A stretch of 64,000 nucleotides of DNA. Source: an uncultured virus (IMG/VR IMGVR_UViG_3300017774_008765). Taxonomy: Duplodnaviria; Heunggongvirae; Uroviricota; Caudoviricetes. Positions within the stretch are counted from its first letter, which is position 1. Every line of letters begins with the position of its first letter. Shown here piece by piece: positions 1 through 8,195 of the stretch. The stretch is from the IMG/VR virus record IMGVR_UViG_3300017774_008765. The stretch is one strand, 5' to 3'. Below the pieces are notes generated by a model. It saw only the letters and a program-made list of their open reading frames with translations, did not search any database and was not told the DNA's origin. The position numbers were made by a program, and so were the translations under genes.

Positions 1-3
1 CTC

Positions 4-777
4 GTGCCGGTGGTGCTGGACGCGACGGGGATGACCCCGCAGCAGCTCAACACGGCCATGGCCCGGCACCTGCGAACGGTGGACGCGCTCCTCGTCCGCG
101 GCCTGGAGCTCTTCGCCATGCTCGCGCTGCCCGGACTACCCGTGTTCCTGGACCACCGCACGCCCTACGAGCTGGGCCGGACCTCGCCGTTGCGCGCGAA
201 GTTGGCCCGTGTCCGCCGGGCGTTCTGCTACTCCTCCGAGGCAGCGCAGGCGCTGGCCGAGGCGGGACTGGTACGGAACCGCCTGATCCCGGGCCCGTTC
301 CTGTCTCCCTCTCCAACGCCTCTGCCGGAGAAAGCCGCCGTGGGCGTCCTGCGGACGGGCGCCGAGGCCCAGCGCGCCCTGATGGCCGTGCTCGAGTACC
401 GAGATCGCACGATGCAGCCGTGGCCGATCTACTCCACGCTCTCCGCGCGGGGCGTGACGGTGCTGGGCACCGACATCGAGGTGGCCGATCGAAGCTCCAT
501 GCTCGTGGCCCCGACCGACGCCGACCTGGGACAGCCCCACTGGGGAGCCCTTCTCGCCGCGGCGACCGGACGGATCCTGGTGGCCAAGAAGACCAGCGCG
601 TTGGACAACTTGCCCTACCCGAACGGGTCGTTCTCGCACGTGGTAGGGGATTCGTGGGGTGGCGGCGTACAGTACGTGTTGTCCACTCCCCAGAACACAG
701 CGGAGTGGGCGAGGCGGAGCCGGGCGTACCCGGACCGCCTACCGGAACTGCTCCGCGAGAGCCTGGAGACCTCATGA
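4..777 (+). CDS. hypothetical protein, possibly a degenerate GT-B glycosyltransferase-like fold (may be 5' truncated)
   Basis: 257-aa ORF whose stop overlaps the next start (ATGA at 774-777). The C-terminal segment DRSSMLVAP...GALLAAATGRILVA loosely resembles the GT4 donor-binding region. Confidence 0.5.
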   Translation: MPVVLDATGMTPQQLNTAMARHLRTVDALLVRGLELFAMLALPGLPVFLDHRTPYELGRTSPLRAKLARVRRAFCYSSEAAQALAEAGLVRNRLIPGPFLSPSPTPLPEKAAVGVLRTGAEAQRALMAVLEYRDRTMQPWPIYSTLSARGVTVLGTDIEVADRSSMLVAPTDADLGQPHWGALLAAATGRILVAKKTSALDNLPYPNGSFSHVVGDSWGGGVQYVLSTPQNTAEWARRSRAYPDRLPELLRESLETS

Positions 778-977
778 CCCCCCAGTACGCCTATCAACGC
801 CGCAAGACCCTGCGCGCGGCGCGGTTCCCCCAGCCCGCGGCGCCGGTCGTGCGGTACGCCGACGCCTTCCAGACCCTCACCACGCTCGAGAAGGGGTTCG
901 ATGCCTTCGATCGTGAGAAGGCGACCAACCCCTTTTTCGCGGCGCTCTCGACCGCGTGGAACCAGAGGAAAGGATGA
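774..977 (+). CDS. small hypothetical protein (67 aa)
   Basis: ATG at 774 overlaps the upstream TGA, and its own stop overlaps the next ATG (ATGA coupling). Confidence 0.6.
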   Translation: MTPQYAYQRRKTLRAARFPQPAAPVVRYADAFQTLTTLEKGFDAFDREKATNPFFAALSTAWNQRKG

Positions 978-1135
978 AGATCCTCGTGCCCGCGGTGTGC
1001 CCGCACTGCCAGTCGAAGAAGACCGCGCGGGGCGGCTTTCTGGCGAAGGAAAACCTCTCGATGTGGAAGTGCCGAAATGAGGGCTGCGAAAAAACCTTCA
1101 AGATTCGCACCCTCATTGTTGCCCCGGCGCCTTGA
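974..1135 (+). CDS. small zinc-ribbon protein (53 aa)
   Basis: Read by hand: MKILVPAVCPHCQSKK...WKCRNEGCEKTF. Has CxxC plus CxxxxC and an ATGA overlap with the upstream gene. Confidence 0.65.
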   Translation: MKILVPAVCPHCQSKKTARGGFLAKENLSMWKCRNEGCEKTFKIRTLIVAPAP

Positions 1136-1168
1136 CGTGTACTCCTGCATGTGAGTACAGGGACGGGC

Positions 1169-1570
1169 ATGAACGACGACCTGCCGTTCGACGATCTGGC
1201 CTTCGAAGAGCCCGAACCCTCTCCGCCAGAGAAGTCGATCCCGCCCCCGCGCCCCCGCGACCGCTCCCTCGCGGATGCCGTCGTGGACGCCATCGCGGGG
1301 GTCAAGCGTTCCGCGCGGAATCCCACCTGCTCGAAGTGCGGCTCGGACCAGCTGTACGTGTTCGCGCCGCTCATGGGAGGCGTGGCCACGCGGCGCTGCC
1401 GTGCGTGCAAGCACACCGTGCCGTGGGCGTCCGTCTCCTCCAAGCTGGTGACGGAGCGCCCTCCGGACGGGCTTCCGGGCCCCTTCGCCGCACCGCCGGG
1501 CACTGAGCCACCCTCGTTCACGCCCACGGATCCTATCTACCGACGCAAAGCACGAGGACGCCCCGAATGA
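1169..1570 (+). CDS. zinc-ribbon protein
   Basis: CSKC...CRAC pair with an acidic, Pro-rich N-terminus. The stop overlaps the ATG at 1567. Confidence 0.65.
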   Translation: MNDDLPFDDLAFEEPEPSPPEKSIPPPRPRDRSLADAVVDAIAGVKRSARNPTCSKCGSDQLYVFAPLMGGVATRRCRACKHTVPWASVSSKLVTERPPDGLPGPFAAPPGTEPPSFTPTDPIYRRKARGRPE

Positions 1571-2361
1571 CGACGAAGACCACCACGTTCCAGGACCCCC
1601 AGGCCGGCGGCCCGCCCTCCTACCGAAAGGTGATCGAGCGCGCGAAGGAACGAGCACAGCCGCGTCCGGGTCCCCTCGAGAACACGCCCCGGTTCGACCA
1701 GCTCGACCAGGGGCGCATGGCGTCGCCCAAGGCCGAGGACCTCGCTCCCCGCAAGCCGGGAGCGAGCGGGTTGTCGGACAAGACGATCCAGGGCCTTCAG
1801 GGGCTGGGCCAGGTGCTGGAACGCGAGGCCGAGAGGAAGGTGGCGCAGGAAGAGCGGGCAGCCAAGGCCCCCGAGCGGGCTCCCGTCCCGGAGGAACGCG
1901 CGGAGGCCGTGGCACCGGACAGCGAAGACGCCGTCCGGACGGCGCTCGAGGCCCGCCTGCGTCCGCTCGACATCGGGCAGTACCTTCTCTCCGGAGGAGA
2001 GATGACGCAAGCCATCCCCATCATCCCCGGCAAGCTCGAGGTCCGCTTCCGTTCCGTCTCCGAGTACGAAGAGGGCTGGGTGGACGTGTACATCGGCAAG
2101 CAGAAGGAGCTGACCCAGCGCCAGTTCCTGCGTCTGATGAACGAGTGCAGCCTGGCCTGCTACGTCGACGCCATCAACGACTCGAAGTGGCCGCCGACCT
2201 GCGGACGGGACGGATCGGTCCTCCCGGAGAACATGGAGGAGCGGCTGGGGCGGGTGCGCAAGCTCCCCTCGGCGGTCTTCGGGCTCCTCGTCCAGAACAT
2301 GGGGTGGTTCGTCGAGCGCGTGAACAAGGCGCTCACCGCAGAAACCTTGGGAAATGGCTGA
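1567..2361 (+). CDS. putative tail assembly chaperone (short, gpG-like product)
   Basis: 264 aa. Ends in TTG GGA AAT GGC TGA, which contains the X XXY YYZ slippery heptamer G GGA AAT (2349-2355), as in tail chaperone G/GT pairs. Confidence 0.65.
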   Translation: MTTKTTTFQDPQAGGPPSYRKVIERAKERAQPRPGPLENTPRFDQLDQGRMASPKAEDLAPRKPGASGLSDKTIQGLQGLGQVLEREAERKVAQEERAAKAPERAPVPEERAEAVAPDSEDAVRTALEARLRPLDIGQYLLSGGEMTQAIPIIPGKLEVRFRSVSEYEEGWVDVYIGKQKELTQRQFLRLMNECSLACYVDAINDSKWPPTCGRDGSVLPENMEERLGRVRKLPSAVFGLLVQNMGWFVERVNKALTAETLGNG

Positions 2362-2768
2362 GGACCCCGCTCGGATGGGCACGCGCCAACGTGCTCTACG
2401 ACACCACGAGCGGGCCGCCTCCCCACGGCTCGTTGCGGGAAGTCCTCTACCTCGTGGTGTGGCGGCATCGGCAGAGCTTGCAGGTCGCGGGCGCGCGCGC
2501 CCAGGCCCAGGCGGCGTTGGGCGGGGATGCCGCACTGGACGCCTTCAAGGAGTACCGGGACACGGTGCTTCGGGTCGAGACGGTGGACAAGGAGCACAAG
2601 CTCCGTGACGCCCTGGACAAGTGGCAGAAGGTCCCCGAGATCCGGTTCACCCCCATCAACACCAAGCCCACGGTCTCGCTGAAGAACGTGCAGAAAACCC
2701 CGGCCACCTCTGAGGAAGAGAAGATCCGCCGGGTCCTCAAAGACTTCCGACCGCGCAGGAGTTCCTGA
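2349..2768 (+). CDS. -1 frameshift extension of the chaperone (gpGT-like, ~400-aa fusion 1567-2768)
   Basis: The -1 frame GKWLRTPLGWARAN... stays open to 2768, lacks a convincing start or RBS of its own, and its stop overlaps the next ATG. Confidence 0.65.
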   Translation, partial: GKWLRTPLGWARANVLYDTTSGPPPHGSLREVLYLVVWRHRQSLQVAGARAQAQAALGGDAALDAFKEYRDTVLRVETVDKEHKLRDALDKWQKVPEIRFTPINTKPTVSLKNVQKTPATSEEEKIRRVLKDFRPRRSS

Positions 2769-3040
2769 TGAACCTCATCGCCTACGGCGAGATCCGCTAC
2801 CTGACCGGGGACGTGTCCCTGTTCGCCCGCTTCGCCCGTCCAGACGGCGGTACCTTCGACATGCCCCTGTCCGAGGCGCAGTTCGTCTCGCTCGTGCAGG
2901 CCGCGGACGGCAACGCGTCTTCGCCGGCGACGGCACCGACGGCGTACGGGGGCCCGGCGGAGGAGATCGACGACGACACGCCGCTGCGGCTCGCCGCCGG
3001 GCCCCGCTACCGGGATGACGGGGACGAGGACGACCTGTGA
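2768..3040 (+). CDS. hypothetical protein (90 aa, acidic C-terminus)
   Basis: TGATG coupling upstream and GTGA coupling downstream. Confidence 0.65.
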   Translation: MNLIAYGEIRYLTGDVSLFARFARPDGGTFDMPLSEAQFVSLVQAADGNASSPATAPTAYGGPAEEIDDDTPLRLAAGPRYRDDGDEDDL

Positions 3041-3381
3041 GCCAAGAGGCCCTCCTCCGTCTCGAGTACAAGCTCGACCTGGTCATCGCCGCCCTTCAGG
3101 CGCAGGGCTGGATGCTCCCGACCGAGCATCTTCCGCCGATGCGGGAGATGGGCTCTCTGAACGACAACTGCCCCTGCTGCGGCGTGCCCATCCGGGTGAC
3201 CGCGGACTTCCTGACCGAATCGCTCACCCGTACCTGCGGCTGTGTGTCGCCGGTGCGCATCGTGCCCGGAATCTCCGGGCTTCTTCCCGTCCCCGAAAGG
3301 AGTACCCATGCCCGTCAACAGCCCGACGCTGACCGCCCAGTTCCATCCGACGCTCCGCCGCAAGGTGGTGGCGGTCGCTGA
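3037..3381 (+). CDS. hypothetical protein with Cys cluster (CPCCG...CGC)
   Basis: GTG start overlaps the upstream stop. The 3' end overlaps the next gene by ~74 nt. Confidence 0.5.
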   Translation: MSQEALLRLEYKLDLVIAALQAQGWMLPTEHLPPMREMGSLNDNCPCCGVPIRVTADFLTESLTRTCGCVSPVRIVPGISGLLPVPERSTHARQQPDADRPVPSDAPPQGGGGR

Positions 3382-3688
3382 CGTCCAGATCCAGCAGGTG
3401 CAGGTCGTCGACAAGGACGGCCAGATCCGCAGCCTGATCCTCTGGCGGTGTGGGACGGACATGTTCTACGCCGAGTCCATCGCCGCGCTCTCCGATCCCC
3501 AGCGCCTCCGCGTTCTCCCGAGCTGGGTCAAGGACCAGCTCGAGACGCTCCCCGCGGACAAGGTGTTCGACGCCGACGGCAACCCGAAGACCTCCGCGGC
3601 CCCGGCGCCGGCGCTCGCGGCGCCGACCAAGGCCAAGGCCGCCCCGGCGGCCGGGGACGACGATCTGCCCGAGTTCAAGTCGGCATGA
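3308..3688 (+). CDS. hypothetical protein (126 aa)
   Basis: ATG at 3308 follows an AAGGAG RBS. The stop overlaps the ATG at 3685. Confidence 0.7.
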   Translation: MPVNSPTLTAQFHPTLRRKVVAVADVQIQQVQVVDKDGQIRSLILWRCGTDMFYAESIAALSDPQRLRVLPSWVKDQLETLPADKVFDADGNPKTSAAPAPALAAPTKAKAAPAAGDDDLPEFKSA

Positions 3689-4056
3689 GTCTCACGTTCG
3701 AGAAGACGCGTCCGCAGACCAGCTGGCTTTTGTGTCGCCTCTGCCCCCAGACCTTCTCCTCCGGGCACATCCTCCTGCCGGTGGATCCGAACGAGAAGGT
3801 CACGGGCGAGGGCGTCGCCGAGGTCGTCGCCGCCCACCCGCTCTACCGGCCGCGAAGCCGGAAGGCGGTGATCGCGCACGGCATCGGGGTAGGCGACAAG
3901 GTGCTGTTCCGCGGGTTCCTGCGCTACGCGCAGGGCGTGGGAGAGCTCTACGGCGCCGGGCATCCCGGAGACGTCTTCCTCCTCCACGTGGACGACGTGC
4001 TGGCCCTCGTGGAGGGGGCGGGCACGCTTGGCAAGGACAACGAGTTCCGGTTCTGA
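3685..4056 (+). CDS. groES: GroES/Cpn10-like co-chaperonin
   Basis: The pattern RP...SSGHILLP...AEVVAA...IGVGDKVLF...FLLHVDDVLALVE matches the Cpn10 signature. Confidence 0.75.
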   Translation: MSLTFEKTRPQTSWLLCRLCPQTFSSGHILLPVDPNEKVTGEGVAEVVAAHPLYRPRSRKAVIAHGIGVGDKVLFRGFLRYAQGVGELYGAGHPGDVFLLHVDDVLALVEGAGTLGKDNEFRF

Positions 4057-4063
4057 GGACACC

Positions 4064-4219
4064 ATGGCCACTAAGGACGAGCGCCTCCAGCTGCGCGTTG
4101 ACGCCGATCTGAAGGAGCGGTTCCGCCGCTACGCCGATCGACGGAAGCTGGACATGAGTCAGCTCATCGAGGACTTCATCCGTCGCCTGCTCAAGCGGGA
4201 GGCGGAAGATGACGCCTGA
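4064..4219 (+). CDS. ribbon-helix-helix DNA-binding protein (CopG/Arc-like)
   Basis: MATKDERLQLRVDADLKERFRRYADRRKLDMSQLIEDFIRR: a beta-ribbon with alternating hydrophobics followed by two helices. GAGG RBS. Confidence 0.75.
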   Translation: MATKDERLQLRVDADLKERFRRYADRRKLDMSQLIEDFIRRLLKREAEDDA

Positions 4220-4736
4220 AATCGAAGCCCAGGTCCGGGTCACCGAAACCGTGTCCCTTCCGGGGGCGCGCGTCTCGGACCTGCTCGACCAGGTCCGCAT
4301 GGCGTTCTCCCGGACCCACCGGATCGCGCGTCTGACGTACACCCGCGGAGAGCCGCTGCGGGTGGAGCGCATGGTGCCACTCTCGATCGCCGAGGCCGAG
4401 CGCGAGGTGTTCACCGCGCCCTTCGCCTTCGCCCGGCAGAACGCCCGCATCCTCGTGCAGGACCGGGAGGGGCGGACGACGCTGGAGACGGTGCTGGCCG
4501 CCTTCCGCACCTGTGCACAGGAGAAGATGCCGGCCCAGTTCCTGCTGTGCAACCGGATCACGGAGGCGACCCGCTGGGTCTTTCCGGACGGGGTCTTCCA
4601 GCTCGAGGAGAGCTTCCATCTTCCCATCTACGAGGATCCCGATGTTCCGGCAGGGTGCCTGGCCGTCTGTGGATCTGGCCTGGGCGAGCTCATCGCCGAT
4701 ATGGAGCTGTGCGTCCTATGTCCCTCCAAGGAGTGA
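4209..4736 (+). CDS. hypothetical protein (175 aa)
   Basis: GGAGG RBS and operon-like packing. Confidence 0.7.
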   Translation: MTPEIEAQVRVTETVSLPGARVSDLLDQVRMAFSRTHRIARLTYTRGEPLRVERMVPLSIAEAEREVFTAPFAFARQNARILVQDREGRTTLETVLAAFRTCAQEKMPAQFLLCNRITEATRWVFPDGVFQLEESFHLPIYEDPDVPAGCLAVCGSGLGELIADMELCVLCPSKE

Positions 4737-4888
4737 TTGACCCCGCCCTCAGCGAGGAGGGGGAGGAGAACGAGGATTGGTCGTCGTGGGAGACCGAGCC
4801 GAGCGATCCGGAAACGACCGGGTTGCCCGAGATCTACGACGCCATCGACCAGCTGCTGTGGGAAGGGGGCGACCATGTTCGCGGATAG
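4733..4888 (+). CDS. small acidic hypothetical protein
   Basis: GTGA overlap with the upstream stop. Fills the gap to the next gene. Confidence 0.45.
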   Translation: MIDPALSEEGEENEDWSSWETEPSDPETTGLPEIYDAIDQLLWEGGDHVRG

Positions 4889-5429
4889 CATCCAACGCTC
4901 GAACGTCCTCGAGTTGATCTCCGAGGAGACGCAGGACGGCGGAGGTATGCACAAGGTGCTGGTCCGCGTCCTGGACAAGAAGCGGTGGAGCACGCTGGTC
5001 GTGCGCCTGCTGAAGATCCCCCACGAGATGGACGACGCATCCTTCGGCGTGTCGATCCGCAAGGAGTACTACCTCGACGCGGACGGGAACCCGACGTTTT
5101 GCTGGGTGCTCCTCTTCTGGGGCGACCTTGAGGAGGCGGTGTCCGCCTGCGACGAGGCGCTCGCCAAGCGCTTCGGCCCGCCGCCCGCCCCCGTTCCGTC
5201 CACGCCGTCCGCGGTGTTCGATGCGCCGGCGGCCGGGAACAAGGTGCACCGCCTCCAGCGCCGGATCTCCGTCTCCGAGGATGGAAGCCAGCGCGAGATC
5301 ATCACCATTCCGCTGCCGGGGACGACGGACCGCAACGCCCCGGGGCGGACGCGCAAAAAAGCGTTCGTCGAGAACGGGATCGTCACGTCGATCGGGGACA
5401 AGGGCCAGATGCTGAAGGAGACGCTGTGA
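4875..5429 (+). CDS. hypothetical protein
   Basis: ATG at 4875 (MFADSIQRS...) follows a G-rich RBS. The stop overlaps the next GTG. Confidence 0.7.
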   Translation: MFADSIQRSNVLELISEETQDGGGMHKVLVRVLDKKRWSTLVVRLLKIPHEMDDASFGVSIRKEYYLDADGNPTFCWVLLFWGDLEEAVSACDEALAKRFGPPPAPVPSTPSAVFDAPAAGNKVHRLQRRISVSEDGSQREIITIPLPGTTDRNAPGRTRKKAFVENGIVTSIGDKGQMLKETL

Positions 5430-6064
5430 CCACGACCGAGAACGCCGAGAAGCTCCGGGCTCGCATCGAGGCCTACACCACGGCCGAGTCCGAGAAGACC
5501 GCCGCAGAGATGGCGACACGCGGCGACTACAAGATCCAGCTGTGGTTCCAGTCCGAGCGGTCGGACCACAAGCCGGTGGCCTACACGCTATCGGTGTGGG
5601 AGTCGGGCAAGCGCCTCCACGGGGGCGGGGACGAGTGCATGTTCATCTGCAAGCGGCACCGGGACGCCCCGCGGCCGTTCGACGTGGTGGGCGTGAAGAA
5701 CCCCATGGGCTGCGGGAACTTCATCTCTGGCGACCTGGTCGGGCTCGACGGGCAGGTGGTCTGCCCGCACTGCTTCGCCCGCCACAAGGTCACCGACATC
5801 GGGGACTCGTCCTTCTTCCGCACCTCGATGGACCGGGCGGCGACGATCCTCGAGGAGTGGTGGCTCAAGCTCCAGGGCAACGCGGACCTCTACGTGAAGT
5901 ACGCGCCCTACGACATCCGGGTGAAGATGATGCGGGACGCCTACGGCATGCAGAAGGCGCGCGAGCTCAAGGGCATGACGATCTACCCGTTGGCCAACAT
6001 CATCAAGGACACCTCGAACGGGGCGTCCGCACAGGCCCGGTTCAAGGCGCTCCTGCTCGCGTAG
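5426..6064 (+). CDS. hypothetical protein with putative Zn-binding Cys (CKRH...GCG...CPHC)
   Basis: 212 aa, AAGGAG RBS, GC3-rich codon usage. Confidence 0.75.
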   Translation: MTTTENAEKLRARIEAYTTAESEKTAAEMATRGDYKIQLWFQSERSDHKPVAYTLSVWESGKRLHGGGDECMFICKRHRDAPRPFDVVGVKNPMGCGNFISGDLVGLDGQVVCPHCFARHKVTDIGDSSFFRTSMDRAATILEEWWLKLQGNADLYVKYAPYDIRVKMMRDAYGMQKARELKGMTIYPLANIIKDTSNGASAQARFKALLLA

Positions 6065-7939
6065 TTACCCGTGGTATTTCGCGTCGCCGCGTACCCGCGC
6101 GGCGCGCGTGTTGTCCACGAACTGCTCCTTCGCGTCGAGCTTCTTGCGGTCCGTGGCCTGCTGCTCGTCCTCGGACAGGGACTCCCACTTCCGCTTGGGG
6201 AGGTAGCGGGCCGTGCGGCCGTCGGGGCGTTCGGCTTCTTCCGGGGTACCGGGGCGGGTCTGCCAGTCCTGCTTCGTCCACTTGACCATCTTGTTGGACG
6301 CCGCCGCGGGCTTCTTGCCGGCGTAGTCGCCGCCGGCGTCCTGGTACAGCTTCGTCGCCAGCTGCATGGCCCGCGCGGAGTGCTTGCCCCCCATCTTCGC
6401 CGTGGCGCGCGCCTTCATCCGCTCCCAGAGTGCGGGGTCGGTCTTCGTGGCCACCCCGTCGTCGGCGGAGGCCGTCTTATGCGGCGCCGCGAGCAGCGCG
6501 CGGAACTCGTCGTTGATCCGGTCCTTGTCCCCCGCGAGCTGGGCGAGGTACTCGTCCGTGCTCTTGCCCGGCTTCTTGAGGCGCAGGGATTCGAGGATGC
6601 CCGAGCGGGGACGGGTCGCGAGATACCGCTGGATGCGGACTTCGCGCTCCTCCTCCGGCAGGTGCTCGTGGCTCTTGTAGCGGACGCCGCGGCCCTCGAC
6701 CTGCCGGATCTTCTCGGTGTTCCAGTGCGGGTCGAGCACCTGCATCAGCCGGGTACCCTTGAGGTCGAGGCCTTCTCCGCCGGCGGAGGAGATCAGCAGG
6801 GCACGGAGCTTGCCCTCGTTGTAGTCCCGTACGAGCTGGTCCCGCTTGGCCTTCGGCATCTCGCCGGTGAACTCGCCGAAGGGGATCTTCGCCTTCTCGA
6901 GCCGCTCCCGGTAGGGGGTGACGCCGGCGTCGAGGTAGTTCGAGTACACAACGCCGCGGGCGCGGGGGTTGGCGTCCAGGGTCTTCTGGAGCTCCTCGAA
7001 CGCGCGCTGGATTTTCGGCTCCTCCGGCGCCTGGTCGGGGTCCTTGTGGAAGGGCCGAGTGGTGTTCGTCGCTTGGCGCGCGGCGGAGAGGAAGGCGTTG
7101 AGCTGCTTGGACTCCTGCTTGCTGGGCGGAAGACCGGCGAGGACCTTGCTGCGTACCCAGAAGGGCGCCTCTCCCATGAGGCTCTCGTAGACCTGGAGCT
7201 GCTTCTTCGTCATCTCCACCGGCACGTCCTCGCGCACGACCCGCGGGAAGTTCTCCGTGCTGCTGGGGTGGTAGTCGACGTACTTGCCGAGAACCTTCTG
7301 AAGCGCCCCCTTCTTCCCCTCCGCCAACCGAGCCCGGGTGCCCGGCTTGACCCCCGAGAGCCGTTGCAGAATCCCAGGGGACACGGTCTCGTGCTCGAGG
7401 TAGGCGTGCTCGAAGCCCGTACGGTCCTCCGGCAGCTGCTTGCTCCCCGCGGCGATGTTCACCAGCGGCGCGATATCCGCCGGGTGGTTGTAGAAGGGAC
7501 TGGCGGTGAGGAGAAGGCGCTTCTGCGCCTCAAGCTCCCGCACGGCCTTTGTTCCCTTGCTGCTCGGCTCCCGGAGGCGGTGCGCTTCGTCGACGATCAG
7601 CAGCGGGTTCGCGGGGGCTGTGCCCTTCCGCGCCACGTTCTCGAGCGAGGCCATGTCGGCCTTCTGCGTCTTCCCGACGAGATGCTTGGTCCTCTCCTTG
7701 GCGTAGTTCGCCTGGAGGGCCGCCGGCGTGACGACCGTCCCCTTCATCCCAAGGGCCTCCTGCGCGGCGATGGACGTCAGGGTCTTGCCAGATCCCAGTC
7801 CGTGGGCCACGACCAGGCCGGGCTGGTCTTTGGCAGAGATACGGGACACCACCCGCTCCTGGTGGGGGAGGAGGGGTGTCTTCACGTCGGCGATCTTGGC
7901 GAGTTCGTCAACGAAGGCCGAAAGGATTCGAGGGTGCAT
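6065..7939 (-). CDS. SNF2-family (SF2) ATPase with an appended C-terminal domain (DUF5872-like from recall)
   Basis: Motifs AHGLGSGKT, IVDEAH, LLLTASP, SSAGGEGLDL, DPHWN and QVEGRGVR. The C-terminal SARAMQLA..Y..AGGDY...WTKQDWQT...RYLP domain follows HKTAS. Likely start MHPRILSAF at 7939. Confidence 0.85.
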   Translation of the reverse strand: MHPRILSAFVDELAKIADVKTPLLPHQERVVSRISAKDQPGLVVAHGLGSGKTLTSIAAQEALGMKGTVVTPAALQANYAKERTKHLVGKTQKADMASLENVARKGTAPANPLLIVDEAHRLREPSSKGTKAVRELEAQKRLLLTASPFYNHPADIAPLVNIAAGSKQLPEDRTGFEHAYLEHETVSPGILQRLSGVKPGTRARLAEGKKGALQKVLGKYVDYHPSSTENFPRVVREDVPVEMTKKQLQVYESLMGEAPFWVRSKVLAGLPPSKQESKQLNAFLSAARQATNTTRPFHKDPDQAPEEPKIQRAFEELQKTLDANPRARGVVYSNYLDAGVTPYRERLEKAKIPFGEFTGEMPKAKRDQLVRDYNEGKLRALLISSAGGEGLDLKGTRLMQVLDPHWNTEKIRQVEGRGVRYKSHEHLPEEEREVRIQRYLATRPRSGILESLRLKKPGKSTDEYLAQLAGDKDRINDEFRALLAAPHKTASADDGVATKTDPALWERMKARATAKMGGKHSARAMQLATKLYQDAGGDYAGKKPAAASNKMVKWTKQDWQTRPGTPEEAERPDGRTARYLPKRKWESLSEDEQQATDRKKLDAKEQFVDNTRAARVRGDAKYHG

Positions 7940-7960
7940 GCGTGACCTGCGGGGGTGCGG

Positions 7961-7967
7961 TATCCTA
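7961..7967. promoter_or_regulatory. overlapping divergent -10 elements (TATCCT on +, TAGGAT on -)
   Basis: Lies in the 34-nt gap between divergent starts at 7939 (-) and 7974 (+). The + hexamer is 7 nt from the ATG, which is leaderless spacing. Confidence 0.45.
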
Positions 7968-7973
7968 TCGCGC

Positions 7974-8195
7974 ATGAACAAGATCGCGACGAAGATGGCC
8001 ATCCCGAACTATCGGCCGCAGGACAACAAGCTCCTGTCGTGCGAGTCGTGCCTGGCCTCCCAGAAGTACCCGAACGCCTCGCTGTACTGCACGAAGTTCA
8101 AAGCCTCGGTGAGCGAGAAGTTCACCTGCGACGCGTTCGTGCCGTCGGCCACCAAGACCAGCAGCGCCCCCATCCTCGGCGGGAGGTTCGGCTGA
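7974..8195 (+). CDS. small HiPIP-like four-cysteine protein (73 aa)
   Basis: PNYRP...CESC...YCTKF...VSEKFTCDAF matches the HiPIP-type Y-CxxC-C-C-aromatic spacing. Confidence 0.6.
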   Translation: MNKIATKMAIPNYRPQDNKLLSCESCLASQKYPNASLYCTKFKASVSEKFTCDAFVPSATKTSSAPILGGRFG

